A DNA stretch of 64,000 nt from Octopus vulgaris. Its lineage: Eukaryota. Numbering within the stretch: position 1 is the stretch's first letter; each line of letters opens with the position of its first letter. The position numbers were made by a program, and so were the translations under genes. Under the pieces are notes generated by a model, which was not told the origin of the DNA, ran no database searches, and saw nothing but the letters and a program-made list of their open reading frames with translations. This document shows, piece after piece, positions 1 to 15,651 of this stretch. The stretch covers positions 43,958,001 through 44,022,000 of the forward strand of contig OX597835.1 in NCBI GenBank assembly GCA_951406725.2, given 5' to 3'.

Positions 1-212
1 ATACATATATACATACATACATACATACATACATACATACATACATACATACATACATACATACATACATACATACATACATACATACATACATACATAC
101 ATACATACATACATACGTACATACATACATACATACATACATACATACATACATACATACATACATACATACATACATACATACATACATACATACATAC
201 GTACATACATAT

Positions 213-243
<31 letters not shown>

Positions 244-385
244 CATACATACATACATATATACATGCATATATATATACATACATACATACATACATAC
301 GTACATACATACATACATACATACGTACGTACGTGCATACATACATACATACATACATACATACATACATACATACATACATACA

Positions 386-419
<34 letters not shown>

Positions 420-425
420 CATACA

Positions 426-459
<34 letters not shown>

Positions 460-587
460 CATATATATACATACATACGTATATATACATACATACATAC
501 ATACATATATATACATACATACATACATACAAACATACAAACATACATGCATAATACATATACATACATAATACATACATACATACG

Positions 588-619
<32 letters not shown>

Positions 620-863
620 CATACATATACATACATACATACATATATATACATACATACATACATACATACAAACATACAAACATACATGCATACATAC
701 ATACATACATACATACATACATACATACATGCATACATACATACATACGTACATACATACATACATGCATGCATGCATACATACATATACATACATACAT
801 ACATACATACATACATACATACATACATACATACATACATACATACATACATACGTACATACA

Positions 864-895
<32 letters not shown>

Positions 896-1020
896 CATAC
901 ATACATACATATATATACATACATACATACATACATACATACATACATACAAACATACATACATACATACATACATACATACATACATACATACATACAT
1001 GCATACATACATACATACAT

Positions 1021-1051
<31 letters not shown>

Positions 1052-1097
1052 CATACATACATACATACATACATACATACATACATACATACATACA

Positions 1098-1129
<32 letters not shown>

Positions 1130-1131
1130 CA

Positions 1132-1167
<36 letters not shown>

Positions 1168-1291
1168 CATACATACATACAAACATACGTACGTACATAC
1201 ATACATACATACATACATACATACATACATGCATGCATGCATACATAAATATACATACATACATACATACATACATACGTACATACATACA

Positions 1292-1357
<66 letters not shown>

Positions 1358-2111
1358 CATACATACATACATACATATATACATACATACATACATACAC
1401 ACACACATACATACACACATACATACATACATACATACATACATACATACATACACACATACATACATACATACATACATGCATGCATACATACATACAT
1501 ACATACATACATACATACATACATACATACATACATACATACATACATACATACACACATACATACACATACATACATACATACATACATACATACATAC
1601 ATACACACACATACATACATACACACACATACATACATACATACATACGTACATACATACATACATACATACATACACACACATACATTCATACACACAT
1701 ACGTACATACATACATACATACATACATACACACACATACATACATACATACACACATACATACATACATACATACATACATACATACACACACATACAT
1801 ACATACATACATACATACATACATACATACATACATACATACATACATACATACATACATACACACACATACATACATACATACATACACACATACATAC
1901 ATACATACATACATACATACATACATACATACGTACGTACATACATACATACATACATACACACATACATACATACATACATACATACATACATACATAC
2001 ATACATACATACATACATACATACATACATACATACATACATACATACTTACATACATACATACATACATCATACATACATACATACATACATACATACA
2101 TACATACATAC

Positions 2112-2142
<31 letters not shown>

Positions 2143-2215
2143 CATACATACGTACGTACATACATACATACATACATACACACACATACATACATACATA
2201 CACACACATACATGC
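1..2215. repeat. (TACA)n microsatellite, ~2.2 kb, imperfect, runs off the window start
   Basis: Direct reading: continuous atac/tacat units with sporadic variants. It is the source of the HTYI-repeat ORFs. Confidence 0.98.
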
Positions 2216-2589
2216 ATAACGGCTGCAGTTCCATACTGAGCATTGCTATCGCTTGATCATTGTCTTAAAGTAACATGGCGGCTGTCTTTCAACCCCCCCC
2301 CCCAGGACTTACACGCTTTTCACACACGTGACGACACTGGCCGCCATTTGCGGAAAGTGTCAGGACAATTTACACCGAAACGGTGCGCATTCTCCCCTGA
2401 TGACCCCATACACTTGCTGGCTTCCGGTATGCGGAGTTTTTGACCGGTAGCACTTGCATGTGCAAGTTGTTTGCAAAACATCCACGCACGTTGACACATG
2501 GCTTCTTTTCATCATGGAATTTTTCTTTGTTTGTTTTGCCTTTTTCGACTTCGCCTAAGTCTCTTTACGTTTCCACAGACGGTCTAAGC

Positions 2590-3000
2590 AGCAGAGAATA
2601 TCTTAGCTGAGTTCTCATAGATTCTTCCTGCAGCTTCTATCATAACTGTTGCTTCCTATGTCTGATGAGCAAGTTCTGCTGCAAAATCTGCAAGCAAGGA
2701 AGTTGCTTCAGGGCTTGGGCGTGTTGTCTTTTTTTGCCGCTTTGCTTCGAGTGCCAGGATGTTTTCTTCCTCAGGCTGTTTGACTCCTTTGTCCCACTGA
2801 GGGGTTTTCCATGCTGTTCTGTCTTCAGTCAACTTTTCTCAAGTCCTTGCAACCATGTGGCACTTGGTCAGGCTGCTCTTACATATGTCCTGTTTTGGTC
2901 ATCCCTTGAGCCAACTCGTCATATAACAGCGGTTTAGGAATTCTGCTCTCATCCACCAGCTTCCCACGACCAAGCCAAGCATATCTGATACGTTGAATGG
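2590..3000 (-). mobile_element. RTE-clade LINE 3' fragment (decayed)
   Basis: Minus strand reads IQRIRYAWLGRGKLVDESRIPKPLLYDELAQG...EDRTAW...KGVKQPEEENILALEAKRQK, matching the RTE C-terminal pattern (LRWxGHVxRMxDxRIPKxLLYGEL). Frameshifted. A weak extension to ~3280 is possible. Confidence 0.75.
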
Positions 3001-3369
3001 AATGTTAATATTTAATCGGTAACTGTGCCCGAAGTTAGGAAAATTCTAATACAGGGTGAACCCCTCTCTCTAAATAATGTATACATTTGCCCAAAGAGAA
3101 GAACTGGTCTTCATCATTGGCGGCAAACATATCCGCAAGAGTTCTTTCTCTTTGAGAGACATTTTGAAAGTAACTCGGAGTATTCGCTCTCAGCACTGGA
3201 TATGGCCGTTGACACTACCGAGTTCAGTTGCTATTCAACAGGTTTGGTTTTCCATAGTACAGGTTGTTCAAGTAAAACCGCCCTCCTAATCAAGTAGGTT
3301 TGGCAGAGTTGTCACCTACGGCCCGATCATGCAATAGGTTACATGTTACTAGTATAATTAAAAGTGGCC

Positions 3370-3741
3370 ATACATACATACACACATACGTACATACATG
3401 CATATATACATACATACATACATACATGCATGCACACATACATGCATGCTTGCATACATACATGCATGCATGCATACATGCATGCATACATACATACATA
3501 CATGCATACATACATGCATACATACATACATATATACATGCATACATGCATAATACATACATGCATGCATGCATACATACATACATACATGCATGCATGC
3601 ATACATACATACATACATGCATGCATGCATGCATGCACACATACATACATACATACATGCATGCATACATACATACATACATACATGCATACATACATAC
3701 ATACATACATGTATACATGCATGCATACATACATACATACA
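3370..3741. repeat. (TACA/TGCA)n microsatellite
   Basis: Direct reading. Confidence 0.95.
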
Positions 3742-4965
3742 ACTTGTAATTCCAATAATTTGGCATTTGGAATTCTCTAAATGAATAAATGCACACACTT
3801 GCCTGTGTGCATCTACAAAGATGCATACGTAAAACGTAACGACAAACAAACAGACACACACACACACCATGGAAAGGAAGAAAATCATGCACAGGCATAT
3901 TCACGAATAGGCTATGCCACAAGCCATAGGTGTAATGCCGACTGCGATGTATGGCGGTTACGCTGTTCATTCAGCTGAATAAGCTGTTGATTGAATCAGC
4001 ATTCGAAGTGGCTGAATATTTCACAAACGCTCCTATATTTTATTAATTTCCACATCCAACTTAACTTGGGTGTGTTGCTAAGAGCGCAGTAGACTGCGGT
4101 AATCATCTTGAGAAACCATTCCGTGTAGACGTTGAGTGCTAAAAAGCAGTGAAGGTTATTTTGATCTCCGTCATCTGTCTGCGGAGAAATTATATCGGCA
4201 GACGAAATTTCGTCAGCACCGACAGAGGGACAGTAGTAACATGTGATTTTATCATCATTTGCACCTCTTCCTTAACAAGCACCTTTCCGTTGAATGCCAG
4301 GTCGAAATTCAATCAAACGCTGAATTCACCGGGATTTGAACTCTGAAGCCAGAACAGTTGGAACGAAAGAAAACAACGTTTGACATTCTACCTAAAACTC
4401 TTACGGCACCACCTTGCCAATCGTAGAGCAATGAAAATACCTGAACTCTTGCTCTTCGTATTAAATATATTAGCACAAATTTAAAGCTCTTATATATCAA
4501 ATTCTAAAACATTTTTCCGCGCTAAAGGCTATATTTCCAGAACCATCCTACTGAATAATCTATTGGTTTAGTAGTGTTCTTGATGAAACTTGACAAGGTG
4601 TGACATTTGCTACTGAAGGTTAAAATAACGTCTTTCGCATTTGCAGTCGCTTTTCCTGAAAGGTGAGAAAGCTTTCCTCTTCTTTTTTGTTCTTCTTGTT
4701 TTTGGCTTCCGTCATTTGTCTGCGATCATGATGGGATGCCAGACCAGCTTCAAGGGTTTCACTTTAATTATTCATATCGACCCAACTATTCAGTTTTTCT
4801 CTTCAATTAATCGACTTCTCTTATAGCGAATGCTTCACTTAACATTATGCTTTGCAAGAGAGGTTACATCTGTATAGTGGCATAAATAGCTTTAAGGTAC
4901 ACAGAGTCAAATGGATCGATATTCGCACATACATATTTCGATACACAACCACACATAACAAATAG

Positions 4966-5277
4966 GTACTCCGTCGGTTACTACGACGAGTGTCCCTGTT
5001 GATCCGATCATCGGAGCAGTTTACTCATGAAATTGACGTGGATGAGCACCCCAAAGACAAGTGTACACACAGAGATTCAGGGTTACACAGATGTGACAAA
5101 GATGCAACCCTCCCCCCCACCTCACTTTGAAATATATGACTCAATTTTGCCTGCTGGGTGGATTAGAAGAACGTGAAATAAAGTGTCTTGCTCAAGAACA
5201 CAAGGCGTTGCTGGGGATCGAACTCACAACATTACGATCGAGAGCCGATTACCCGAAGCACTAAGCCATGCACTTTC
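4966..5277 (-). mobile_element. tRNA-derived SINE (family C tail), diverged
   Basis: 3' part (actccgtcggttac..gacgag..gttgatccgatca) matches the tail of the 56203-56590 element. tRNA-like head with B box (gagttcgatcccc) on the minus strand. Confidence 0.7.
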
Positions 5278-5490
5278 ACTAAACACACATATCTACGCAC
5301 ACCCGACACACACACACACGCACACGCTCATAAATGCACACGCATACGTCCTCAAAGTTGTTTCCTGAAGGAATGCGCGTGGAATAAACTTCTAGTAAGC
5401 AAAGAATGAGTCGTCAGATGGCTGGCAAGGTATATACACACACACATACACACAAGTACATACACACAAATGCATACACATATATGTATC

Positions 5491-5558
<68 letters not shown>

Positions 5559-6062
5559 AGGAATGCATTTCTGCTAGCAGACACATTGCCATATATTCAT
5601 TAATTAAGAATCTATAAACGTTCGCTGATAAGCGTAATTTTGCTCGAGAATTTAGATTTCAATCTATATTAATTTAGAAAAGTCAGATGGCTGATGCGGC
5701 AGTTTATTTAGTTTAATTTCAAGTTTTCTTAGCTCCATCAGATCAAACCTTCACGTGATGGAAATTCGGAAATTTCGCAAATTAAACTTTCTGTGATAAT
5801 CTATGAATATTACTAGCAGTAATATCCTCGGGATTGAAGTAATGGTCGCTAATAGCATACCCAATTCTTCTTTTGTAAAGCTTGAATCTGAGTGTGCCTA
5901 ATTAAATTATTTTGGGAAAAGCCACGTGTTGTTCACATTGTGGTGGCTGCTATTAGAAGGGTGTTAATCATTTCTTCGTACTGTTTGCCAAAAATGTAAA
6001 TTTGAAGGAATTACAGGAAGAACATTTCCGCAGGATTCACTGTTTAATTTTCTCATTTAATT

Positions 6063-6467
6063 ACTCTTTTACTTGTTTCAGTCATTTTACTGCGGCCATG
6101 CTGGAGCACCGCCTTTTTTTTAAATCGAGAAACTCGACCCCGGGACTTATTCTTTGTAAGCCCAGTACTTATTCTATCGGTCTCTTTTGCCGAACCGCTA
6201 AGTAACGGGGACATAAACACACCAGCATCGGTTGTCAAGCAATGCTAGGGGGACAAACAGACACACAAACATATACACACACACATACATATATATACAT
6301 ATATACGACGGGCTTCTTTCAGTTTCCGTCTACCAAATCCACTCACAAGGCTTTGGTCGGCCCGAGGCTATAGTAGAAAACACTTGCCCAAGGTGCCACG
6401 CAGTAGGACTGAACCCGGAACCATTGGTTGGTAAACAAGCTACTTACCACACAGCCACTCCTGCGCC
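6063..6467 (-). mobile_element. tRNA-derived SINE, family A (full length)
   Basis: Near-identical to copies at 34386, 44837 and 51019. Head GGCGCAGGAGTGGCTGTGTGGTAAG...GGGTTCAGTCC (A/B boxes), internal TA/TG microsatellite, tail GACTGAAACAAGTAAAAGAG. Confidence 0.9.
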
Positions 6468-8299
6468 TATAGTTATTACAAAGTTCTCAATATTTCTTGT
6501 CGGTGTTAATCATAAATAGTACAATTTCATTCTTTTTAGAGTTCATCAGCATAATTCAGCCTGTGACTTATTAAAGATTTTAGAAGGGAGAAATTTAATT
6601 AAAAATGGAAATCAGTTCACACTCTAGGAAGTAAATGAAATGTGTGTAATTTTGCTTTTTCTCTTCATAGAACGTTAGTAGTTTAACAATAGAGAGAAAA
6701 GAAGGTTCTTAATGAATACATACAAGATAAAAACTGTTTCCCGAGACATTATTACGCTGAAATATTCTCACTTCGAAAGCTTTCCTTAAGAAATTTGTTT
6801 CTTTTGTATAAATGTGATTTAGCACTCGGACAACTCTGACGCAATCGATCTAAGACGAAAGATCTAAGCATGAATTTCCAGTTTAACGTTTAGAAATATA
6901 TAGTGATCGACTATATAAAGCGCCCTTTCATTTCCTATGACGGTGGCCTTTGAGTTTAAGAGAGACAGAGATGGAGTATATTCAAGAACATTATCCATGA
7001 GTGTGCAAGGGTGTAATGTTTGGTAGCATGTAACCTTCTTTAGCTAATTCTTTCAGGCGATTATTCTGTGATGATAGACATAAACAGCCTCTCGTCCCCT
7101 ATCACACTTTAATCAGTGGTAAGTCCAGAATGTGGAAGCTGGAGAAAGAGAGGTTTGCACCAGCACTTGTCTGACACTCCTTTACAGTCAAGTAACACGA
7201 TATGAAGTAATTCGCTTGAGTACACTGCCTGGTTCGGGAATTGAACCCACGATTTTATGATCATAAGCCATTTGGTCACATGCTTTCTCATTTAGGGTGA
7301 TTTAGTTGTTATTTCTATCAGATCGAGCGACCATGTAGAGACATTTTGTTGGGTGAAAAGTGGAGTAATCATTGGTTAGAGACCAATGTTTTTGGTTAAT
7401 GCCTGAGTCAGAGGGGAAGGGTGCTCCGAGGACCCTTTTCCTGTATTTCGTAACTGATGAGAGGAAATGTTCAAGTTATCCGCAGAGTGAAGACCTGGAT
7501 AGAATGCTAACAACAGCGGAGATTTAGGCTAAGGACTCCCAACCCTCAACACCCAATCCCAGAACACTAAAAACCCGGGTTATGGTTTTAACTCAGTAAT
7601 GGATTAAATCTACGTCCCAAGAAGAGTTCGTCCACTGAGTTACTATACAACTTGTATCCACCAAATTTCTCCCAAAAGTTTTTGGACGATCTGAAGCGAC
7701 AGCAGAAAACAATTATCCAAGGAGCAAAACTAGAAGAGACTTTTCCAAGGGTCGGCTTATCGGGATTTAACTAATATATCACATATTTTCAAAGAGAACG
7801 TTGGAAGAATACAGCCATATCTAAATCCATTTATCTCGTACTGTAAGTAATCTTACTATACCCTGTTGTCAAATTTGAAATTACATAAGTATTTATGCAG
7901 TCCAATATCAGATTTTATTTTCGTTTCGGACCTTATACTAAATATAGATTATATCGGTGCCATTAATTTTCTAAATTTGTCTTGACAGAAGCTAAATAAT
8001 CCAATACATGCTAGTATGGAATTCACCTTCAATGGAAGCTGCATATTCTTTCTATATGCCTGTATTGTGAATTATTTTCCATTCGATTCTATCTTCGCTT
8101 CAGGCTATATGAATGCACTTATTTTCAAAAATCTATTTAGCTGAAGGCAAGTCACATCGATAATTTTTTTGTTTCATTTAGACGCCATCTTGCTAGAGGC
8201 TATATCGATATCTTTGATGGCTTCTATTGATAAAACCGATGTACAATTGAAAAACGAAAATTAAACTTTCAGTAAAATAATTAAAATTTTTGCAATCGA

Positions 8300-9390
8300 A
8301 ATGAGATAGTTACGAAAACAAGAACAAGAACAACAATAATAAAAGGGAGAGAAATGACAACAGCATCACTAACAATAAGAACGGAAGTAAATGAAAAAAA
8401 AAAACAGCAATAACAATTACAAGGCAAATGAAAACAATAAAATATTTTTGAAAAATTATCAAAAATAGCTACAAATTTCAACATGGAATTTATAAAGAAC
8501 ATCAAAAACCGCAAAAGCAGCAGCAACAGGATCAGCAGCAGTAGCCGCAGCAACAACAACATTTTCAATAAAAATATAACATAAGAAACAATATCCAAGA
8601 TAACAAATAGGAAAAATAAATAAAAAGAAAAAGAAACAAAAACAAAATAGAGGAATGAAATATATTAACATTAACAATAATAACAACAACAACAGCAGCT
8701 ATAATAATAATAATAAGAAGGATAATGGTGCCTGTATGAAGTCGATTGAACAACGAGAAATAGCAGCCAAATTTTCCCTCAGAGCATACAGTATCATCTA
8801 ATAATATGAAAGACACAATTTTATTATTTAAAAATAAGGTGGAGGTTGTCATTGTTGGAAAGCTTTGATCATAGGTCTGCTCAGTCAAGGTTGACCTAGA
8901 GACACAGCAAGAACAATAACAACAACAACAACAACACATTAACAGAAGAATGCGTAAGAAATTAAAAAACAAAATTAAGAAAACCAATAAACAAAAATAA
9001 AATACAAAAACGAAAAAATTAAAATAACAACAATATTAATAACAGGAACAGCAAAAACAATAATAATATTTTGAACAAAGATGGCGACTGAAATAACATC
9101 AACGTTATTAACAATATGGAAGAAAAAATACACGGAAAATAAACAAATATCAAACTGTATTAGGAATAACAACAACAGCAACAACAATAATAGCAACAAC
9201 AACAATGACGAGAATAATAATAACAGAACTACAACAGGAACGGCAGCAGTAGTAGCAGCAGCAGCAACAACAATGACAAGAAAAACAACATCAAGAATAG
9301 CGACAAGTGCAACAGCAGTCACAACAATAACACCAACAACGATGATATCAGATGAAACTGATAATAACAATAGTAATAATAACAACAACA

Positions 9391-9445
<55 letters not shown>

Positions 9446-9480
9446 TAACAATAATGATAATAATAATGATAATAATAATG

Positions 9481-9520
<40 letters not shown>

Positions 9521-9583
9521 TAATAATAATGATAATGATGATGAAAATAAAAATAAAACTAAGTATCATTATTGTTATTGTTG

Positions 9584-9618
<35 letters not shown>

Positions 9619-9620
9619 AA
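8300..9620. repeat. (AAC/AAT/AGC)n low-complexity tract
   Basis: Direct reading; trinucleotide mosaic. Confidence 0.9.
8735..8935 (+). mobile_element. Unclassified dispersed repeat (family D) ending in (CAA)n; decayed copies near 7295, 15000-15220, 20810-21045, 34985, 51895-52460
   Basis: Shared motifs GAAATAGCAGCCAAAT...TTTGATCATAGGTCTGCTC...CAACAACAA recur on both strands across the window. Confidence 0.55.
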
Positions 9621-9960
9621 TATGAGGTATAGAGGAAAACAACAGAAGACTGTTACCTAATCAATAATTACTATACATATGTACGTCGGCGTATCATAGA
9701 GACACACAGACATACACAAAGCAAAAAACACACATTCACACACTCTCTCACTCTCCCTCTCTCTCTCTGTCTCTTTCTCTCTTTCTATTCCTCTCACACT
9801 ATCACGTTCTGACTTACATAACATCTCTGAAATATATAAACTGATGTTTCGTATACAATCCGCCGTGACGTAAGAGAAGTACTAATTGAGCACTGGAAGC
9901 GATGTAATCGACTTGTACACTCCCCGGAAATTGCTGGCCTTGTGCGACAAAATTTCAGGC

Positions 9961-9996
<36 letters not shown>

Positions 9997-10081
9997 TACT
10001 ATTATTATTCACTTCTTTCAGTTTTGTTTTCCTTTCTTACCGAGTGACTTCCAGACACCTAGGGCAAAGAAACTCACTGTC

Positions 10082-10082
<1 letters not shown>

Positions 10083-10148
<66 letters not shown>

Positions 10149-10156
10149 CATTATTA

Positions 10157-10220
<64 letters not shown>

Positions 10221-10222
10221 CA

Positions 10223-10295
<73 letters not shown>

Positions 10296-10297
10296 CA

Positions 10298-10355
<58 letters not shown>

Positions 10356-10357
10356 CA

Positions 10358-10416
<59 letters not shown>

Positions 10417-10434
10417 GTTATTATTATTATTATT
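10083..10434. repeat. (TTA)n microsatellite
   Basis: Direct reading. Confidence 0.98.
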
Positions 10435-11353
10435 TTGCCCACAGCCAGCAGACTGAGGTGACACTTGTTTACTGGTCATGCTTCAAGAACTCTGCGTAGA
10501 ATTCTTGCAGTTCCAAGCAATGCTGATTTTTGTAGGTGTTCTATCTTTACATTTGCACCAATCTTTTTCAGCCATGTTGGTAGTTGAGTGCTAATACTTC
10601 CAAGTGCACCAATTACTACTGGTATCACCTCTACTCTCTTCATTGACCATAACTTTCGTATTGTCGTAGTTGTCTATTTTTCTTCTCTTTCACATTGATC
10701 TTGCTGACACTGGGGAATGCTATGTCGATTATCATACATGTTCTTTCTTTTAATTCACCAAAACAATATCCGGATTCGGATGTCTCGTCCAGTGATCGCA
10801 CTGGATCATTACATCCCACAGAATTTTGCAGTTCTTCTGGGGTTTTCTTGTACCACATTTTTGCTCTTTGTAGGCCGTGATTTCCACAGAGCTCCCAATG
10901 GATAATTCTTGCCACATTGTCATGACGTTGTTTGTATTCGCGTTGTGCCAATTTCGGGTATTCGCTAACGATGAGCCATACTGTTTCACTCCTTTCACCA
11001 CACATTCTGCGTTTGTCGCTATCGGTAGTGTTATCAGTTCTGCACTTCACATAGTTAGTCCTTAACGCTTGTTCTTCAGCTGCGCATATGAGTGCTTCTG
11101 TCTCTATCTTCAGGTCATTCCTCTTCATCCTTAGCCACAGGTCCTCTGTATCTGTCTTGGTGTTCACATATCTTGCAAACTGACCGTACATTTCGCTTCA
11201 TTCCATGCATTTTTTTGTTCATTTCTTTCAAAACTTTACTCAATTTTCAATTTTGATGACACCGGGCTTCTTCGTGCATTTAAACAGTGGTTCCACGGCA
11301 TTTTTTATACACGACCGTAAGCCGTCTTCCTCTCTTTCGATACAGTCCTGACA
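10435..11353 (-). mobile_element. R4/Dong-type non-LTR retrotransposon, 5'-truncated (zinc knuckle plus RLE endonuclease)
   Basis: ORF 10640..11191: ETEALICAAEEQALRT, decayed CCHC (RRMCGERSETVWLIVSEY), RHDNVARIIHWELC; then PDIVLV..DIAFP and terminal LQKSALLGTARILRRVLEA*. Flanked by (TTA)n on both sides. Confidence 0.88.
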
Positions 11354-11399
11354 ATTATTATTATTATTATCATCGTTATTATTATTATTATTATTATTT

Positions 11400-11593
11400 T
11401 TTTTTCTTTTATAGCGAGCTTTCACTTCACTACCGAGCGCAGCTCTGTGTGCTTTAGGTATGTGCTGTGGTTTGCTGTGATGCTCTGATGGTTATTGTAT
11501 GGAAAGTGTTCTAGGTAGGATGTGTGCAGTGCCTAGTAGTGCAATTTTCTGTATGTTATATGTGTTTGTAAGTCCTGGTGTTTTTGTTATGTA

Positions 11594-11594
<1 letters not shown>
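11400..11594 (-). mobile_element. R4/Dong-type LINE 3' end (second family)
   Basis: YITKTPGLTNTYNIQKIALLGTAHILPRTLSIQ* plus a short 3'UTR, bounded by (TTA)n. Confidence 0.8.
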
Positions 11595-11635
<41 letters not shown>

Positions 11636-11658
11636 CATTATTATTATTATTATTATTA

Positions 11659-11764
<106 letters not shown>

Positions 11765-11778
11765 TATTATTATTATTA

Positions 11779-11854
<76 letters not shown>

Positions 11855-11894
11855 CATCATCATCATCATCATTAGTATTATTATTATTATTATT

Positions 11895-12330
11895 TTCGGT
11901 AGTACTGCCTTGTTTCATATGAGCTGTTCGAAGTGTCACCTCGAAACACCAAGTAACAGCAAATCGGCCATTTTCAAATGGCTGCTATTTATGACTAGCA
12001 ACGATACGATGTATGCGAAGGCGGTCAGATTCTGTGAAATTTATAATATTTCAGTTCTGAAATGCTCGAAAAACTTTAAAGAAATTCAAGTATTTTTCTG
12101 TTGAATATCTTGTATTTTTCAGGATGTCGGCTGTACTCATAAAAACAATTTTTTGTAGTTCTGTTACATTCGAGATTCCTGATATTTGGCCATAGTGTTC
12201 AAGAGCGACATGTTGTATTGCCTCCATTGCTCCGATGATCGAAATTACAATCGTTGTTCTTAGATGTCACAATTTTGAGACTTTTGGTTTTGAAGGTCCT
12301 TATATTTACTTAAATTTTCAAATGTGTTAT
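11895..12330 (-). mobile_element. R4/Dong-type LINE 3' end (third, older family)
   Basis: Minus strand reads FENLSKYKDL...RTTIVISIIGAMEAI...ELQKIVFMSTADILK, the same RLE C-terminus. Its 3' side abuts the (TTA/TCA)n array at 11595-11894. Confidence 0.7.
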
Positions 12331-12964
12331 AGTAGTGCTGCAGCGTGCAAGCAAATCGGTCTAGCCAATGCTTTAATAATTATGCAAACGATTCGCCTCA
12401 TTTAGTAAGCTAACACCGTCACCTTAACCTACGAAAGCTACAACGTCCGTCATCGCTATTAATGCCGCCGTTGACACAATCATTACCACAATTACAATCA
12501 CAAATGTTATCTCCGTCAAAGACATCACCACTGTCACAATAACCACCACCACTGTCACAATAACCACCACCACCACCACCACCACAAAATCGCCTCCATT
12601 ACTACAACCACTATCACCGTCTCCACCTCAATGAAATGGAACCATTTTCAGAAACACAACGATTACCTCCCATTACCACCACTATCACCTCCAACGTTAC
12701 GACTTCCCTTGATACAGTCATCATCACAAATACCACGACGACGACGACGGCCACGACCACAACCACCCCGGCCGCCGCCGTCACAATTCGTGTTCTATTT
12801 TTCTTGGGCCCTAAAATTTCTTTTTATTACTAAATAAATTTAAAACAATACAAAGAAAAATGATTTTCAATTATGTAAATAAAATTAATTAAATGCCATT
12901 TGTTAATCTGTTAACTTTCCAAGTTCTGATTAATTATCATTCAATGAACTATTCATTTCATTGA

Positions 12965-13075
12965 TGTCTTCTCTCTCTTTATTTGTCACTAATGCATCTC
13001 TCATTCCTTCTGTCCTCCTTCTCATTCCTTCTTTCTTTCTCATTTTCTTTTTTTCTTTCTTTCTTTTTCCCTCTT

Positions 13076-13115
<40 letters not shown>

Positions 13116-13225
13116 TATTTCTTTCTCTCTTTCTCTCTTTCTCTCTTTCTTTCTTTCTTTATTTTCCCCTCTTTCTCTCTTTCTCTCTCTCTCTTTCTTT
13201 CTCTTTTTCTTTCTTTCTTTCTTTT

Positions 13226-13257
<32 letters not shown>

Positions 13258-13290
13258 TTTCCCTCCTTCTCTCTCTCTTTCTTTCTCTTT

Positions 13291-13338
<48 letters not shown>

Positions 13339-13485
13339 TTTCCCTCTTTCCTTCTTTTATTCCTTCATTCTTTGCTTGTTTGTCTGTTTGCTTCTTTGTT
13401 TTTATCATTCCTATTTTTTATTTCTTTCTTTTCTCAATCCTTCATTCCTTCATTCTCTCTTTCCTTCTTTCTTTCCTTCATTCCT

Positions 13486-13517
<32 letters not shown>

Positions 13518-13527
13518 TTTCCCTCCT

Positions 13528-13571
<44 letters not shown>

Positions 13572-13800
13572 TCCTTCATTCTTTCTTTCTTTCTTTTATT
13601 CCTTCATTCTTTGTTTATCAGTTTGCTTGTTTCTTCGTTTCTATCCTTCCTATTTTCTATTTCATTCTTTCTTTCAATTTTTCCTCCCTTCATTCCCTCT
13701 TTCCTTCTATCTTTCTTTCCCCCTTTCTTTCTTTCTACGATTCTCTCTCTCCCCCTTCCTCTTCCCGTCTCTCCCTTTTCCCCACCCCTCCCTCCTCCCC
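12965..13800. repeat. Polypyrimidine (TTTC/TC)n tract with an internal ~240 bp duplication
   Basis: Direct reading; CTTTTATTCCTTCATTCTTTG occurs twice (~13353 and ~13593). Confidence 0.9.
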
Positions 13801-13919
13801 ATCATAGATCCTGTTCTTATTTCCTACTTTCTGCTTATCCTCACAGTCTTTGGAATTGGTAATGCCATTGTTTTTCGCTGATGTTGCTCTTCTGATGTAT
13901 AACCAATGGATATTGCTGT

Positions 13920-14279
13920 TGCTGTTATTATTGTTATTTCTATAGCAACGATTACTTTTGTAGTAGCAGCAGCAGCAGCGGCAGCAGCAGCAGCAGCAAC
14001 AGCAACAGCAGTAGTTATAGTAGTTATATCATCATCATCACCACCACCACCACCACCACTACCACTACCACCATCATCATCATCATCATTATCATGATCA
14101 AGAGGAGGATGATGATGATCATTATTATTATCACTATTTCTTCTTATTGTTATTGTTATCATTATTATTATTAGCGTTATTATTGTTGTTGTTGTTGTTA
14201 TTATTATTATTATTATTGTTATCATTATTATATTATTATTATTATCATCATCATCATCATCATCATCATTATTATTATT

Positions 14280-14349
<70 letters not shown>

Positions 14350-14441
14350 TATTATTATTATTATTATTATATTATCATTATATTATTATAATATTATATA
14401 ATTATTATATATTTATTATATTATTTTTATCATTATATTAC

Positions 14442-14498
<57 letters not shown>

Positions 14499-14714
14499 GA
14501 AAGACTCTTAGATAGTTCTTAATTACCAGGTATTCTTTACTTGAAAGCAGGCAATACCAAATCACCAAAGTTTTCAAGTAGTGCCTCCTTATGTGACTCA
14601 AAGAGACAATACTCTCCTTAGAATGCGAGCTGTAGCCAACAATGCTGTCTTCAGGATCACTCTGAGCCTGACAGCAGCTCAAATATTCTTAATATGTTTT
14701 TCAAAACCCTTGGA

Positions 14715-14764
<50 letters not shown>

Positions 14765-15620
14765 GTAGTAGTAGTAGTAGTAGTAGTAGCAGTAGTAGTA
14801 GTAGTATTAGTAGTAGTAGTAGTAGTAGTGGTGGGGGTGGTGGTAGTAGTAGTAGTGGTGGTGGTGGTGGTAGCAGTTGACGTTATTGTTGTCGTATTCA
14901 TAACAGACTACAACAGGTTGTGTGAGCTGAGGATGATTTACCTACCGTTTCTTGCAGACCAAAAGAATCACGTAGAAGAGCCTTCCTTACCTGTTCAATA
15001 TTGTTGTTGTTTAAGCCCCAAGTGAAACCAGACCGAGTCAACCTGCGATCAAATGCGGTTCAAAGCGCCTTTGATCCCAGATTGTTATATATTGTATATT
15101 TAAGCTTACGCTGTACAACGTGACCTTCCACTTTCAGATGTATGACTTTTTATTTTAAACATTCGTTTAATAAATCAAACATGTGGAGCGACCACGCAAA
15201 GGCTAATCCTTCTTAAGCTCCTTGTTGGCTTGTAATTGTTATTACTGTAGTAGTATTTGGATTAGTAGCAGTAGAATTAGTAGTAGTAGGGAAAATGATA
15301 GTAGTAGTAGTAGTAGTATTAGTAGACGTAGGAGTAGTAATAATTGTAGTTATAGCTGTCCTAGAAGGATTAATAACAGTACTATAAATATTAGAATGTG
15401 AGGTGGTGGTGGTAGTGGCAGGGGTGGTGGTTGTGGTGGTGGTGGTGGTGGTAGTAGTAGTAGTAACAAAAATAGTAGCGATAATATTAGTTGGAGTTAT
15501 TATTGAAATATTAGTAATAGATTTATGATGGAGATGATGATGATGATAATAATAATAATTTTAATAATAATAATAATGATAATGATAATAATAATAATAA
15601 TGATAATAATAATAATAATC

Positions 15621-15651
<31 letters not shown>

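Noticed and set aside
265-2256. Long ORFs (up to 516 aa) of HTYI repeats, and similar YI, poly-N, poly-I and FLSF ORFs elsewhere
   Set aside because: They are translations of stop-free microsatellites, open in several frames at once.
7450-7480. CTGATGA..GAAA hammerhead
   Set aside because: Only 3 nt between the core segments, so no stem II, and no proper UH.
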